Assembly (NCBI GenBank): GCA_951406725.2
Contig: OX597832.1
Span: 4,030,001-4,094,000, forward strand
Direction of reading: 5' to 3'
Origin: Octopus vulgaris
Lineage: Eukaryota
DNA: 64,000 bases
The stretch's first letter is position 1. Each line of letters starts with the position of its first letter. The position numbers were made by a program, and so were the translations under genes. The notes beneath the pieces are model-generated. The model worked only from the letters and a program-made list of their open reading frames with translations, did no database searches and was not told the origin of the DNA. This document shows positions 11,453 to 23,200 of this stretch, piece by piece.

Positions 11453-14173
11453 TGTGTTATATGTCTGCTTGTTCACAAGTGTTACTGGTAATGTGTAGGT
11501 CTGTACAACCTACTGCATGGTAAGGTGGTTGGTAACTAAACCAGCTTTCCCATGAGGCTTGTGCAGTGAGAGGGTGTTCAAAATTAGCAGGACAAAAATC
11601 AATATCATTCAACAGGATGGATGAACCCAGCATTAGTTCAACATCTAATAATTTCACAGGGACATAGAAATAAATGTGATGGTGAACAACTGCATCACAA
11701 AACCACCTCAGAATGATGGATCCCTATTTCTTGTTAAATGTCTATCTTGAAGATAGGATCATTTAGCTTGTAGTTGTCAGGATCATTTAGCTTGTAGTTG
11801 TCACAGCCAATGCTGGGCTGCTGAAAGGAAAGTTGTTCTACCTGAAAAGTGAATGCAGCTTTGTGCACACTTCATTCATTATAATCAATTTCATGTGCAG
11901 GAACTTCTTGGAGAACATACTTTGAAAAACGTTCTATGGCAAAGTGGTGTAGTGCAATGAACAGACCTGACATTTTTGAAGTTTATAATTGTAAATCTGC
12001 AGAATAGCAGCTTGGAATATTGATTGTACTATGGCAATGGAGAGATTAATTAGCATCTTGATTGACTGATTAACCCATTTCCAGGGATAGCACTGCTCAC
12101 CTGTTAAACAAGAAGTGCTTATAAGAGGTGATTTAAACAAAGCTTGCTTAATTCTGGAACTGGCCAGAAACTCCATGAACTCTCTTTGTTCATTTCAATG
12201 ATAATATCCAAGAAATTTACCACTTTCCCAGTGACTAAGTTAACTTCTGCCATTTATACAACATACATGTGCACACACACATTATATTTTACCTGGTGTG
12301 CTAATGATTTTATGAACACCCACACACACATATGTTATGCCTAAAAGTTTTAAGCATTTTTACCAAAGTTTTATGAGTTTTCTAGTTACTGTTTGTTATG
12401 TATTTATTTTATGATGTATTTTATTAGCTTCTTGCAAGCCCTGATTTGTTATAAAGTTAGTTTATACCCATATTCAAGTTTGTATATCTTGCATAATAGT
12501 TATTTGAATCTCATATGGTGAAGTAGTTCAGCTCTAAAATTAAAATTATATTAAAAACATCGAAGTGGTTCAGATTAAGGATAGGTGAGCAGTTTAGGTC
12601 AGATAAGTTTTAGTTAACTTAGGTATTTATGCTCTGTGTAAAGGATTTTGTATGCTATTATTGGTGTTTTATTGATTATGTTGATATAAATTACAGAGTA
12701 GTGTTATACTTTGCACACAACAATGGTAGCACCACTCTTAGAAATGGTCTCATATAGCAGAGTACTTTTTCTAATGCAAACCATTTTATTTCTATCACAA
12801 CTGAGCAAGTTGCTCATATCACTATTTTAACTGTGTTATCAATGTAAATATTCATGTATTACTGTATATAATTTCATTACACAAAAATGAACATATATAC
12901 ATAATTGCATTATATGAAAATGTATCTCAATTTAAAAGCAATGCAAAACCATAGTAATTCTTTCAAACAGAATATTTGATGTTTCTGATGTTTCACAGAA
13001 AAGTGTTTTTCCCTATTCTAAAGTAAGTGATGTGTGTGTGTGTACATATATATATATGTGTGTGTGTGTGTGTGTACATATGTATGTGTGTGTGTGTGTG
13101 TGTACGTACACATATGTACATATATATATATATATACATGTGTATGTACATACACACACACACACACATATTGCTTACAAGAGGAATTCTTTTTTTTTTC
13201 AACTTTAGCTAGCTGGCAGGTAGAGGATGTTCTATTAAAATAACGTGACATATGACATATTTCTCCATGCAACATATGGTGTACACAAATTTAATTGAAC
13301 TACAAAGCTATACAAATTATTCTTTTGATGAAATAATCTCTTCTAATCTGTCAAACTACACATTGCTGATACAGCAAATAGGATACCTGAAATGTGTCAA
13401 ACAAATTTGTATTAAAAAAAGAATAATATTTGAAAGGTTTTTTTTATCAATATATTTAGTTATTTATTTACTAATCATGTAAACTTTAATCCATAAGGAA
13501 ATGTAAGAGGCTGTAGCAGTTATAAGTTCAGGTTTTCCTTATAAAACATTTTGCTTTGTATGTTAAAGTTTGCCTATGTGAAAGAAAAAAATAGGTTCTG
13601 TGTCTTAAGAAGAGTATTTAGGTGTAATAATACAATTGAACCATGGTACACATGCCCACTCGAGCAAACTTAGAAAAAAAACATGAGTGTAAAATAGTAT
13701 AAAGTAAAGTAAGTAATCAGAGATAAATAAAATTAAGATGTTCTGTTGGTAAGAATGTTAACAGTACATGTAATATGCTGTAGTTCATCATCAAGAAAGT
13801 AAGAAGTGAAAAAAATAAAGAAGTGAGAAGTGAAAGAATACCTTTTGTAAGGAATGAACAGTTTATGACTGACAGTTCAGTATTTTAGGAAAAATAATCA
13901 AGGTTTATGCTATAGTTTCATTACAAAAATATAACAAATAAAATAAATGAAAAATTATCTCAGCGTTTTTCCTGAAAAATTCATCATATCATGTCAATAT
14001 TATTTATTTCTCTTGTTTTATAATTAGAGTTTCAATTGATGCACTTTCAACTTAAACTGTCAAAATAAAATATAATTTGGAATGAAGGCTTTTAAAATCG
14101 TTATTACAGTTTCTCTTTATACACAAACATACTCAGAGACACATTTATTTACACATGTATGTGTGTATACATG

Positions 14174-14553
14174 GTGGCACTCCGTCGGTTACGACGACGA
14201 GTGTTCCAGTTGATCTGATCAATGGAACAGCTTGATCATGAAATTAACGTGCAAGTGGCTAAGCACTCCACAGACACATGTACCCTTAACGTAGTTCTCG
14301 AGGAGATTCAGCATGACACAGAGCATGACCAGGCTGGCCCTTTGAAATACAGGTACAACGGAAACAGGAAGAAAGAGTGAGAGAAAGTTGTGGTGAAAGA
14401 GTACAGCAGGGTTCACCAGCACCCCCTGCCGGAGCCTCATGGAGCTTTAGGTATTTTCGCTCAATAAACACACACAATGCCCGGTCTGGGAATCGAAACC
14501 ACGATCCTCCAACCATGAGTCTGCAGCCCTAACCACTGGGACATTGCGCCTCC
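14174..14553 (-). mobile_element. tRNA-derived SINE
   Basis: Minus strand starts GGAGGCGCAATGTCCCAGTGGTTAGG (A box) and includes GGTTTCGATTCCC (B box), followed by an unrelated body of about 300 bp. Confidence 0.8.
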
Positions 14554-14931
14554 CTAAGTATATGTTAAGTATATGTGGTCAATAATGTTTATCACTCTTG
14601 CACTGCTTCTATTTCATATTTAAATTTATTCTTATGATGTATGCATTGTTGGGGCATACCAGCACATAGATTTCACACAGTATGCATATAAGCCATAGAC
14701 TGGTTTTGCAATTGACTTCTATTTTGGTTTTGATAAGTGATGTTGATAAGCCACAAAAATGGCAAAACATCAATGTCCATCACTGCTGAATGGGATTTAG
14801 GATGAGTTATCTTGTCTGTCCATGATTTCCAAGTGTTTTAATACCAGGCACTTTGAGGAAGTAATCTCCAACATGCCTAATCACAACCTATCTGCAAACA
14901 CACAAGCTGTGTACATCAAGTATGTATGGTT

Positions 14932-14977
<46 letters not shown>

Positions 14978-14984
14978 TTTCTTT

Positions 14985-15608
14985 TTTTATTCTTTTACTT
15001 GTTTCAGTCATTTAACTGCGGCCATGCTGGAGCACCGCCTTTAATCGAGCAACTCGACCCCTAGGACTTATTCTTTTGCAAGCCCAGTACTTATTCTATC
15101 GGTCTCTTTTGCCGAACCGCTAAGTAACGGGGACATAAACACACCAGCATCGGTTGTCAAGCAATGCTAGGAGGACAAACACAGACACAAACACACACAC
15201 ACGCATATATATAAATACATATATACAACGGGCTTCTTTCAGTTTCCGTCTACCAAATCCACTCACAAGGCTTTGGTCGGCCCGAGGCTATAGTAGAAGA
15301 CACATGCCCAAGGTGCCATGCAGTGGGATTGAACCCGGAACTATGTGGTTGGTAAACAAGCTACCTACCACACAGCCACTCCTGCGCCTATATATTATAT
15401 ACATATTTCTTCTTTTATTTTTTCTTTTATTTGTTTCGGTAATTTGACTGTACCCATACTGGAGCACCACCTTTAGTCGACCCCAGGATTTATTCTTTGG
15501 AAACCTAGTACTTATTCTAGTACTTAGCCGGACCACTAAGTTATGGGGACATAAACACACCAATAATGGTTTTCAAGCAACGGTTGTGGGGGACAAACAC
15601 ATTCACAT

Positions 15609-15666
<58 letters not shown>

Positions 15667-15826
15667 GACAGGCTTCTTTCAGTTTCCGCCTACCAAATCC
15701 ACTCACAAGGCTTTGGTCGGCCCAAGGCTATAGAAGACACTTGCCCAAGGTTTCATGCAGTGGGACTGAACCTGGAACCATGTAGTTGGTAAGCAAGCTA
15801 CTTACTGCACAGCCACTCCTGTGCCT
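14985..15826 (-). mobile_element. Two tandem copies of a tRNA-headed SINE with an internal (TA)/(TG) microsatellite
   Basis: Head ggcgcaggagtggctgtgtggta...gggttcaatccc and tail ...gctccagcatggccgcagt.aaatgactgaaacaagtaaaag. Copies at about 14985-15388 and 15420-15826. Confidence 0.85.
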
Positions 15827-16219
15827 GTATATATATATTATATATAGTGAATCCAAACAAAGAAGAACAAACAAGAAAAACAATAACGCGAGGACATGGT
15901 ACAAGTACTGTATTATTGGACACTCAGGAAAGGAAGGAAAGAGGATTTAACATTTCAAGCAAAGCGCTTCTTCAGAAATAGAGGAAAGACCAAAGGAAGG
16001 GAAGACAGAGGAAGAAAATTGCCAACAATACACACATGGTTACATTATATTATATATATATATATTTGCCATCTAAATATGACTAACCACTAAGGGTGGA
16101 TGTTACTGTAGCTTGTAGCCCCAGGAGAACATCTTCTCCAGCTGGCTATTGACACACTTTCTGTGCCCTATCAGTATTTGCAAAGGGAGGTCATCTTTCC
16201 CTCGTCAACCTAAGTGATA

Positions 16220-16264
16220 CACACAGACTTCAGTTTCTGGGTATTGACCCATCATCAGCGCATG
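16220..16264 (-). ncRNA. Minimal type I hammerhead ribozyme
   Basis: Minus strand CATGCG-CTGATGA-TGGGT(CAAT)ACCCA-GAAA-C(TGAA)G-TC^TGTGTG. Complete CUGANGA/GAAA/GUC core, 5-bp stem II, 2-bp stem III, 6-bp stem I with three G.U pairs. Predicted cleavage between 16226 and 16225. Confidence 0.75.
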
Positions 16265-16273
16265 ACAATCACC

Positions 16274-17853
16274 TTTCTCCTTATTATAGGCACAATGGCT
16301 TGACTGAAGAGGGTACATATAACAAAAATACAGAAAGGATGATATGAAATGAAATATTAACAATGAATTAAATGAAATGGCTTACAAGCCCCCCCCCCCC
16401 AAAGCTCGCAGTTTCATTTACAATTATGGTTATACTATCTGGGGTGTTCATCAGTAATGTAAACGAGTAATTCATCTTGCTCTATAACTCCGGGCAAACT
16501 GTCATATCGAACATAATGCGCTATGGTTACAGCTGTATCTGAAAACAAATTCATTAATTTATTTACCGTCTCTTTTTCCATTATTACAGCCTTTATTTGC
16601 TTAGCTTATATCCTCGGGTTCAATTTCACTCTTGTTTGATTTTTCATTATCGCTAATTTTTTCTCAATTTCTTTATCTTCTGTGTACAATATTACAGCTC
16701 TGAGATTCTTTCCTTTTGGTCTTCCTCCTTCCTTGCATACTTTCAAACATTCTTCCACTTTTGCTGACCATTTTTCCCATTTCTCTCGCCTTGAACCTTC
16801 ACTCACTTTAGTTGCTGTATCTCTCCCTTTGTGTGTTCGATCCTCTACTCGTCAGCATACTTCTTTTTAGTTTTTTTCTTTTCTTGGTTTTGGGTGGTGA
16901 TTCCACCCGTATTAACTTTCTATCCTCTTTTTCTTCTGTTCTTTCCTCTTCTTTCTCCTTCACTAACTCGTCGTCACTTTCCATATTATCTCCTAAATCC
17001 TCTGTCAAAGCTCTTATTGCTTCCTCCAGTGTTATCTTCTTCTCTTGTATTTCTCCTTGAGGACACACATCCTCCATGTGCCCTCTGCTCTTACATTTAT
17101 AAAACACTGGAGGTCTCCCCTCCACCACAACTCTCAGTGGTGTCTCATTGGGGAACACCAACTCCTCCGGGATGTTATACAAATCTGGCATGGTTATGTG
17201 GACTAAAGCTTCCACTGCATAACCCCACTAGTTTATTTCATTCGAATTTTCCACCTTAAGTATGTCCACGTTCTCCTTGCAGTTGTAGATTATTGCAGCT
17301 ACTATTCTTTCGGTATCAAGTTCCAGTGGGATTTTGCTTATTCGTATCCTCACCACTCTTTTTCCACAATAACTAGGGAGTAAAACCCATTTTTCAGATC
17401 TCAACACTGTCGTTGCGTTCCTTTTCACTTCATCTTCATTTTCGAAGCGAACGTCTACCGTAGTGTATTTTCTACCTCTATTGTAGAAGGTAGTTCTTCC
17501 TTTAATTTCTTGTAGATATTTTTCAATCTCTGCTACTTCTATTCTTTTTGAGACCACATTCCATGTTCTGTATGTTATAGATTTTTTCTCCGCTTTTTTC
17601 ACTTCATCTCAGACAGTCTCCTTCCTTCTTGAAGCTGTCGTAGTATTTCCTCAGATTTTCTTTCTCGATAATTATTTCTTTTAACTGTAATTCGTTTGCA
17701 GCCAGGCTTTTGCCTGCTGCTCCCGCATAAGTCTGGGCTTGCATACCCAACAAAGAATTCAACAATTCAACACGACGCAACAGTTTTCAACAACAATAAT
17801 CAAAAAAATTCAACTCACAACCACAAATCCGAAAAACCGACACAAACACTTTC
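16274..17853 (-). mobile_element. Non-autonomous ORF1-only Tx1/L1-like (HAL1-like) element
   Basis: Flanked by a 16-bp direct repeat, gcgcatgacaatcacc (16258-16273) and gtgcacgacaatcacc (17854-17869), 14/16 identical with both differences CpG transitions. Contains 5'UTR, ORF1 and a short 3'UTR ending ...ataataaggagaaa. No endonuclease or RT. Confidence 0.7.
16367..17744 (-). pseudogene. Disrupted LINE ORF1/gag-like protein (about 450 aa) with a CCHC zinc-knuckle remnant
   Basis: Starts MQAQTYAGAAGK at 17744. Continues through track ORFs 17228-17602, 16808-17215 and 16606-16806, then an open stretch to about 16367, with two frameshifts and two in-frame stops. VEGRPPVFYKCKSRGHMEDVCP is CX2CX4HX4C with the first C changed to F, followed by an E/K-rich region. 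Confidence 0.75.
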
Positions 17854-18311
17854 GTGCACGACAATCACCGGTTTATGATGGAAGGGTCCCAATGCAAATA
17901 CATATATCCTTTTTCCAGTGACTTTTCATCACTGATCTTGAAAAAGTGTATACAAGCAATAATAAATCTCTGAACGAGGTATAGACAGTAACTGCACAAC
18001 AATGTGAAGTATATTTGCCATCTAAATATGGTTAACCACTAAGGGTGGATGTTACTGTAGTTCCAAGAGAACATCTTCTTCAGCTGGCTATTGACACACT
18101 ATCTGTGCGTATCACTTAGGTTGACGAGGGAAGGATGACCTCCCTTTGCAAATACCGATAGGGCACAGAAAGTGTGTCAATAACCAGCTGGAGATGTTCT
18201 CCTAGTGCTACAAGCTACAGTAACATCCACCCTTAGTGGTTAGCCATATTTAGATGGCAAATATACTTCACATTGTCATGCAGCTACTGTTTATACCTCG
18301 TTCAGAGATTT

Positions 18312-18362
<51 letters not shown>

Positions 18363-18451
18363 GTGCACACACACATATGTATATATATATTTATTTATAT
18401 ATGTATGATATTTTATTTTCATTGAAACTCTTAATGTTTTTTTTTCTGTAG

Positions 18452-18553
18452 GTTTATTTGCCCATCCAAAGCCAGTTGGAGGATTAATACACCTTAAGGA
18501 GAGTGATGAATCAATAGAAAACTACATGACTCAACTCGATGAATTCCTGGAAG
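18452..18553 (+). CDS. ATP1B: Na+/K+-ATPase beta-subunit-like gene, internal coding exon (first one seen in the window)
   Basis: tttttctgtag acceptor and GTCAG donor, phase 1/1. Translates (G)LFAHPKPVGGLIHLKESDESIENYMTQLDEFLE, matching the PGL..P / LD.FL..Y region that follows the TM helix of P-type ATPase beta subunits. Splices in frame to the next exon. Confidence 0.85.
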
Positions 18554-18837
18554 GTCAGTTCATTTTACTATTTTAGAATTTCTGCCTTCTATTATTTGTT
18601 TATTTCAGTTTCCAAAAGAAGGAAAAAAGCAACAAAACTAAATTTCTGAATGGCTTATTCATAACCATAACAAAATAATTAAAGATCTGTGTAGTATTTT
18701 GCATAGACTTGTTTCTTTTTTAAAGTGAAAGAAAAGATTTCTACCATCTTAATATGAATGTTTCCTCTCTTCATATCTTTCTCTCTCTCCCTCTCACGCA
18801 CACAATACATATGTGTGTATGCATATATGTATGTATG

Positions 18838-18919
<82 letters not shown>

Positions 18920-20155
18920 TGTATGTATGTATGAGTTTCTCATTCATTCTTTAAATGTTCTTTATGCACAAAAGTATGCATATCTCACGCTGGTTTGATA
19001 TCACACCAGTATGACCATGTGGGTAAGGCATACATGAACTATTGGAATTTCATTGCTGATAACTAGTTTTAATGTAATGTCTATTGTAAAACCTGCAAGT
19101 CACATGGAGGATTGAAGTGCAATTTAAACATTCTCAATAAACAAGCAGAAAAAGGAGCCAATGTTGAAACTGAGACATTGCTGCCATTTATCAGGATTCA
19201 AAAGCCATTTCAGATTTTTTGGAAAATATTTGCAGATGGAAGTGCTACCAGTTGAGAGCTCTAGACACTGGATGCTAGCAAGTTTATAGGGTCATCAAGG
19301 GAGAATGCGCCCCATTTTGGGGCCTTTTTCTCAACATCATTGCACACCAGCCCACCTCACTGAAATGAAGTCCCACTTGCTAGATCAACTGGTTATTAGG
19401 TTTTGCTCAATATTCTTCTAATCATTGCTCATCATTTCTTTTTAACCAAATCCAGTGACTTGCCTTCCCCCACTGTAGTTTGGATATCACTCATGGTGGT
19501 ATTTGCTTTACAATGAATTAGAACTAGCGACAACAACAGTCGCCTCACTCTGTGACCAGCGAATCCTCCACCAATGAATTCAAGCAATTATAGCTACAAG
19601 AACAGGTCAAGCTCTGAAGGAGCAGATGACCATCATGTTTGAATGTATCCCTAAATTTTTATGCCGGACTCTATCTAAAAATACTCTATCTAAAAATGTT
19701 CTGTAAAGAACTAATTTTTACAACTTCATGGATTTGACAACTCTTAATTAAATCAGTCTAACTAGATTACTACATTACTAATCAGTAAGACTAATTGTTA
19801 AGTGTTTCAGTAGTGTCAGTTCATCTAATCTACTTCTATATCTTGAGTTCATGACCATATTTCTAATGAAATGTATTATTTCTATTTTCTATTGAGTTTG
19901 AAAATAATCAAAAATTTGGAGGGATTTAGAATATATCTAAACATGGGAGTTGGAATATATCTTAAAAGATTTTTACATAAAATTATGATGGAAAGTTTTG
20001 ATTTAAATATGAACATTATCAAATGAGAGAGTTGCTGTTATATGGCCGCAACAGCCACAGACTGGTTGCTATCAAAAGATTTAATCAATAATGCACTTTG
20101 TTCTGGAGATGAAGGAATTTTTTCCAATATATGTTAATTTTCTTTTCTTTTGTAG

Positions 20156-20346
20156 CTTACAAGGAGGAGAAACAAGCAACTGACAAGTTTATAAAATGCC
20201 ATGGTTTAATGACATGCAGTCCATTTGTGGATAAAGTGTGCCGATTTCCCCTTAAAAGGGCTGGGGATCTATGTGTCAAGGGAAATACTTTTGGATACAA
20301 CCCAAGTGAAAACCAATCCCCATGTCTAGTACTTACTTTACGCTTG
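20156..20346 (+). CDS. ATP1B: Na+/K+-ATPase beta-subunit-like gene, internal coding exon
   Basis: cttttgtag acceptor and GTAAG donor. AYKEEKQATDKFIKCHGLMTCSPFVDKVCRFPLKRAGDLCVKGNTFGYNPSENQSPCLVLTLRL contains the C..C.F, C...FGY and PC motifs of the beta ectodomain. Confidence 0.9.
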
Positions 20347-22639
20347 GTAAGGAGTGTATTTCATTTTTATTGTTATTATTGTAAAAATTCAGTTTTGTGT
20401 TTAAAATAAATGTAAGTTTAGTATTGAGTTTTAGTATGTGAAAGAAGCAATCTCATCTCTACACATCAAAAAGTAACAACTTTCCTCTTTTCAGATTCTG
20501 AATTCTGAATCAAAGTTGATTGAATGAAAGGGTTAAGAAAAAATTGCACCTACACATCTCTGCTAGAAGAGATGTCAGTGATTTTTGTATAAAATGTGAA
20601 ATGTATAAATGTGTCAGCTAGTTTCTATGCAGATAAAAGACAAATGTAGAAGATTTATGTGGGTGTGACATATAGTTTTTGGCATTAGGTATACTTTAAA
20701 TTGGGAAGCAAATCAATCAGATTATTGACATAACCAGAAAACATTGTAGAATAATTAAACCCAGGCATAAAAACTAATGTGCCATTCCTGTTTTTATGAT
20801 TGTAGAGTGAGATTTGAGGGAGATTTTGATGCTATTTTAAGCAGGTTGAGCAACTGCACAAACGCATCGTCCTTTGTGAGATTGATGTGGTTGATGTTCA
20901 ACCTGAATATATGTAGGTTGGTCCCTGCAGAAAAATCATATGTTGTGTGAATTCCAAGGGATTTCAACATGAGGAAGAAGAACTAGACAAAATGTTTAGC
21001 AGGTGGTGAGGCACTATAAGGTTGAAAAAAAAAGGGGGATGAAAGATGGGAAGATTAAGTGGCCTGAGGCAGGGCAGGCTCAAGGTACTGGAGTGCCATG
21101 TGCTAGAGGTGCCAAGGAGGGTGTAACAAAGACAAGGGAATTTCCATGACTGTGAGCTTGTACATGCCAAAGTTCAGCTTTCCCAGGGCACCAACAGCCC
21201 TAGGTAGAGATATGCAGACATTTGTTCAGAAGAGCAGGGACAGTTGTAGTAACAAAAGAAGAGGTAGAGATGAAAGTAAGAACAGCATATCTCTAAGCTA
21301 GAAATTGGAGGATGTTGGTGAGTGAATACTTGCCAATCAGTCCCAAATTGCAGGAGGTTGTGAGAGATTGCTAGGCCAAGCTTTTATAGAGGCTTTGTTA
21401 GGTCTAAGTATGAAATGTTCTTGATTTTGGAAGGGGAGATATACATTTGTTTCTTGGATATGAATTGAGATTGAGTGTTTGTATTACTGAACCAAGCTGG
21501 AATATCATGCCTCCCCACCATCCATCCATACAAACTTTAATAATGTTTTAAAATTCTCCATTTATGGAAGCAGTATATGCTTAGCTTTACATGTTTAGGA
21601 GTATAGAAGCAGAAGTGAAGACAGAGTAAAAGATTGTCTTCATGTGGTTATTGTGCTGAAGGAGAAACTGACTGATGTGGCTGAACCTTCAGTTGATAAA
21701 ATGTGAATTGAAGACCTTACTAACGTAACATGTTGCAAAGTTATAGTTTGACAAGAAGCAAGAAGGTTTCTGAGCCAAAATGATAAAAATGCGAGCTGAG
21801 AAAATATCTTAGTCCAGAGTGTTTTTATACCTGATATAGTTACAGGTTTTGTTGATGCCAATGCCACCAAATTTCCCAAAGGCAAGAGACCTCTAGAGAG
21901 TTACATAGCAGAGGAACTTACTGAATGATAAAAAAATTGGGAAATGTTTCAGAAGAGACTAAAGAATTCTGAGGGAGATATAAGCTCTCTCTGAAGTGCC
22001 TAGTTGGATTGGCAAAACTGTTAGGGATGCAAGAATATGTAAATACTAACAGGCAAACACTTCAGAAAGCAAACATTGTTTCAGTTTCTGCAGTAGCAGC
22101 ATAGTGGTAGAAGTGTGATAATCCAGTGAAGCTGAGTACATAGAAGTCAATAAGGATAACCACTTTGAGGAAATGTGAAGTAGGATATCTTTAAAGCAAG
22201 ATGTAAGATATGTAGAAGCTAACAATGATTGAAAACATTTGGCGTACGGTAGAGATAACAAATGAAATTAGAGAAATTGTGAGAAGAAACTGGGAGCCAT
22301 TTGTACAGTATATTACAGACTTTTAGGCTCTTCTTTGCTCAAACTGATCAAAGAAGATGCTGGAATTACTAGCATTAAGTAATACATAGCTGTAGAGCTG
22401 ATACATAAAAAGATGTAATCTGGGCAGTGAAAATTAAAAACGTTACATATATTATCTAGTTTTAATTACTGCATGGTTGATTACACTTTTTTTTTTCCAT
22501 TTATTCCTTGTAATTATTTGTGTTTCTTACATTTTTAAGAATTTTAAGAATAAGAAAGGAGTTTTAGATTTAACACAAATTCCAAGAGAAAAAAAAGAAT
22601 TAATTTGGAGAATTTTGTCAAGTATCTCTTTACTGTAGA

Positions 22640-23200
22640 CTCTAATCCAGGAGAGATTGAAGAGAAAAAATACTACACCTATGTTTTAAATGGTTAAAAC
22701 AGGAGTTAGAATAGACTCAGTAAGAAATTTCAAGGAGAAATTCTCTCAATCAAAACTGGAGAGGGTTATGGTATTGGTCTGCTGCACTTTCAAGAACAAA
22801 GATTCAACCAGAAATATAGACTGAAATAACTTGATATACCTCCACCCATACACTTGTATATGGGGAAAAGAAATACAAGGAGGACAAGAAGAGACACTGG
22901 AAATTGTGTGGATCTGTCACTTTTGTATTGCAGTATAGACAGGAAGTTAAAACACATTTGATGAAGAGACCATTTGGTTTAAGGAAGCAGGGTCATTTGC
23001 AAGACCTATTGACCTCCAAAGGCTACAAGATCATATCAAGACTGCACACAGTTGAAGGCAGTGAGGCAAAGGATATGAGACTGATGGTACTGAGAAGAAG
23101 GCCTAATTGTTACACATGTAACAGTAAAAATCACTTGAGAGATTATTTCCTCCAAAGAAACAGAAAGACTAGGAAAGGAAATTAGAAAGAAAGCCCCAGT
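22640..23200 (+). pseudogene. Decayed ORF1/gag-like fragment with zinc knuckle, probably related to the 16367-17744 protein
   Basis: MVLRRRPNCYTCNSKNHLRDYF aligns by eye with VVVEGRPPVFYKCKSRGHMEDVC. Upstream sequence is frameshifted. Confidence 0.5.

Larger units (their letters stand above)
16062..18313 (-). mobile_element. Hammerhead-bearing retrozyme / Penelope pseudo-LTR-like repeat (partial tandem plus inverted copy), interrupted by an ORF1-only element
   Basis: 16062-16166 is repeated directly at about 18010-18108. 16062-16227 is repeated inverted at about 18102-18264. 17961-18108 and 18162-18313 form an inverted pair. (TA)n on both flanks. Reconstructed monomer is about 350 nt. Confidence 0.7.

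Noticed and set aside
11756-11803. Perfect 24-bp tandem duplication (and a ~62-bp one at about 9001-9122)
   Set aside because: Ordinary slippage duplications with no sign of function.
14480-14553. tRNA gene
   Set aside because: A and B boxes are present but the acceptor stem is poor and it runs into a SINE body.
16220-16264. Apparent compensatory G-C to A-U change in hammerhead stem I between repeat copies
   Set aside because: Both changes are CpG transitions, so they are not independent evidence of selection.
16062-18313. DIRS-like reading (inverted terminal repeats plus internal complementary region)
   Set aside because: No RT or tyrosine recombinase. The hammerhead, the tandem monomer and the 16-bp TSD around the ORF explain the structure better.
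1-18451. Upstream (N-terminal/TM) exons of the beta-subunit gene
   Set aside because: I found no convincing TM-encoding exon ending in phase 1. It probably lies upstream of the window, though a short exon could have been missed.
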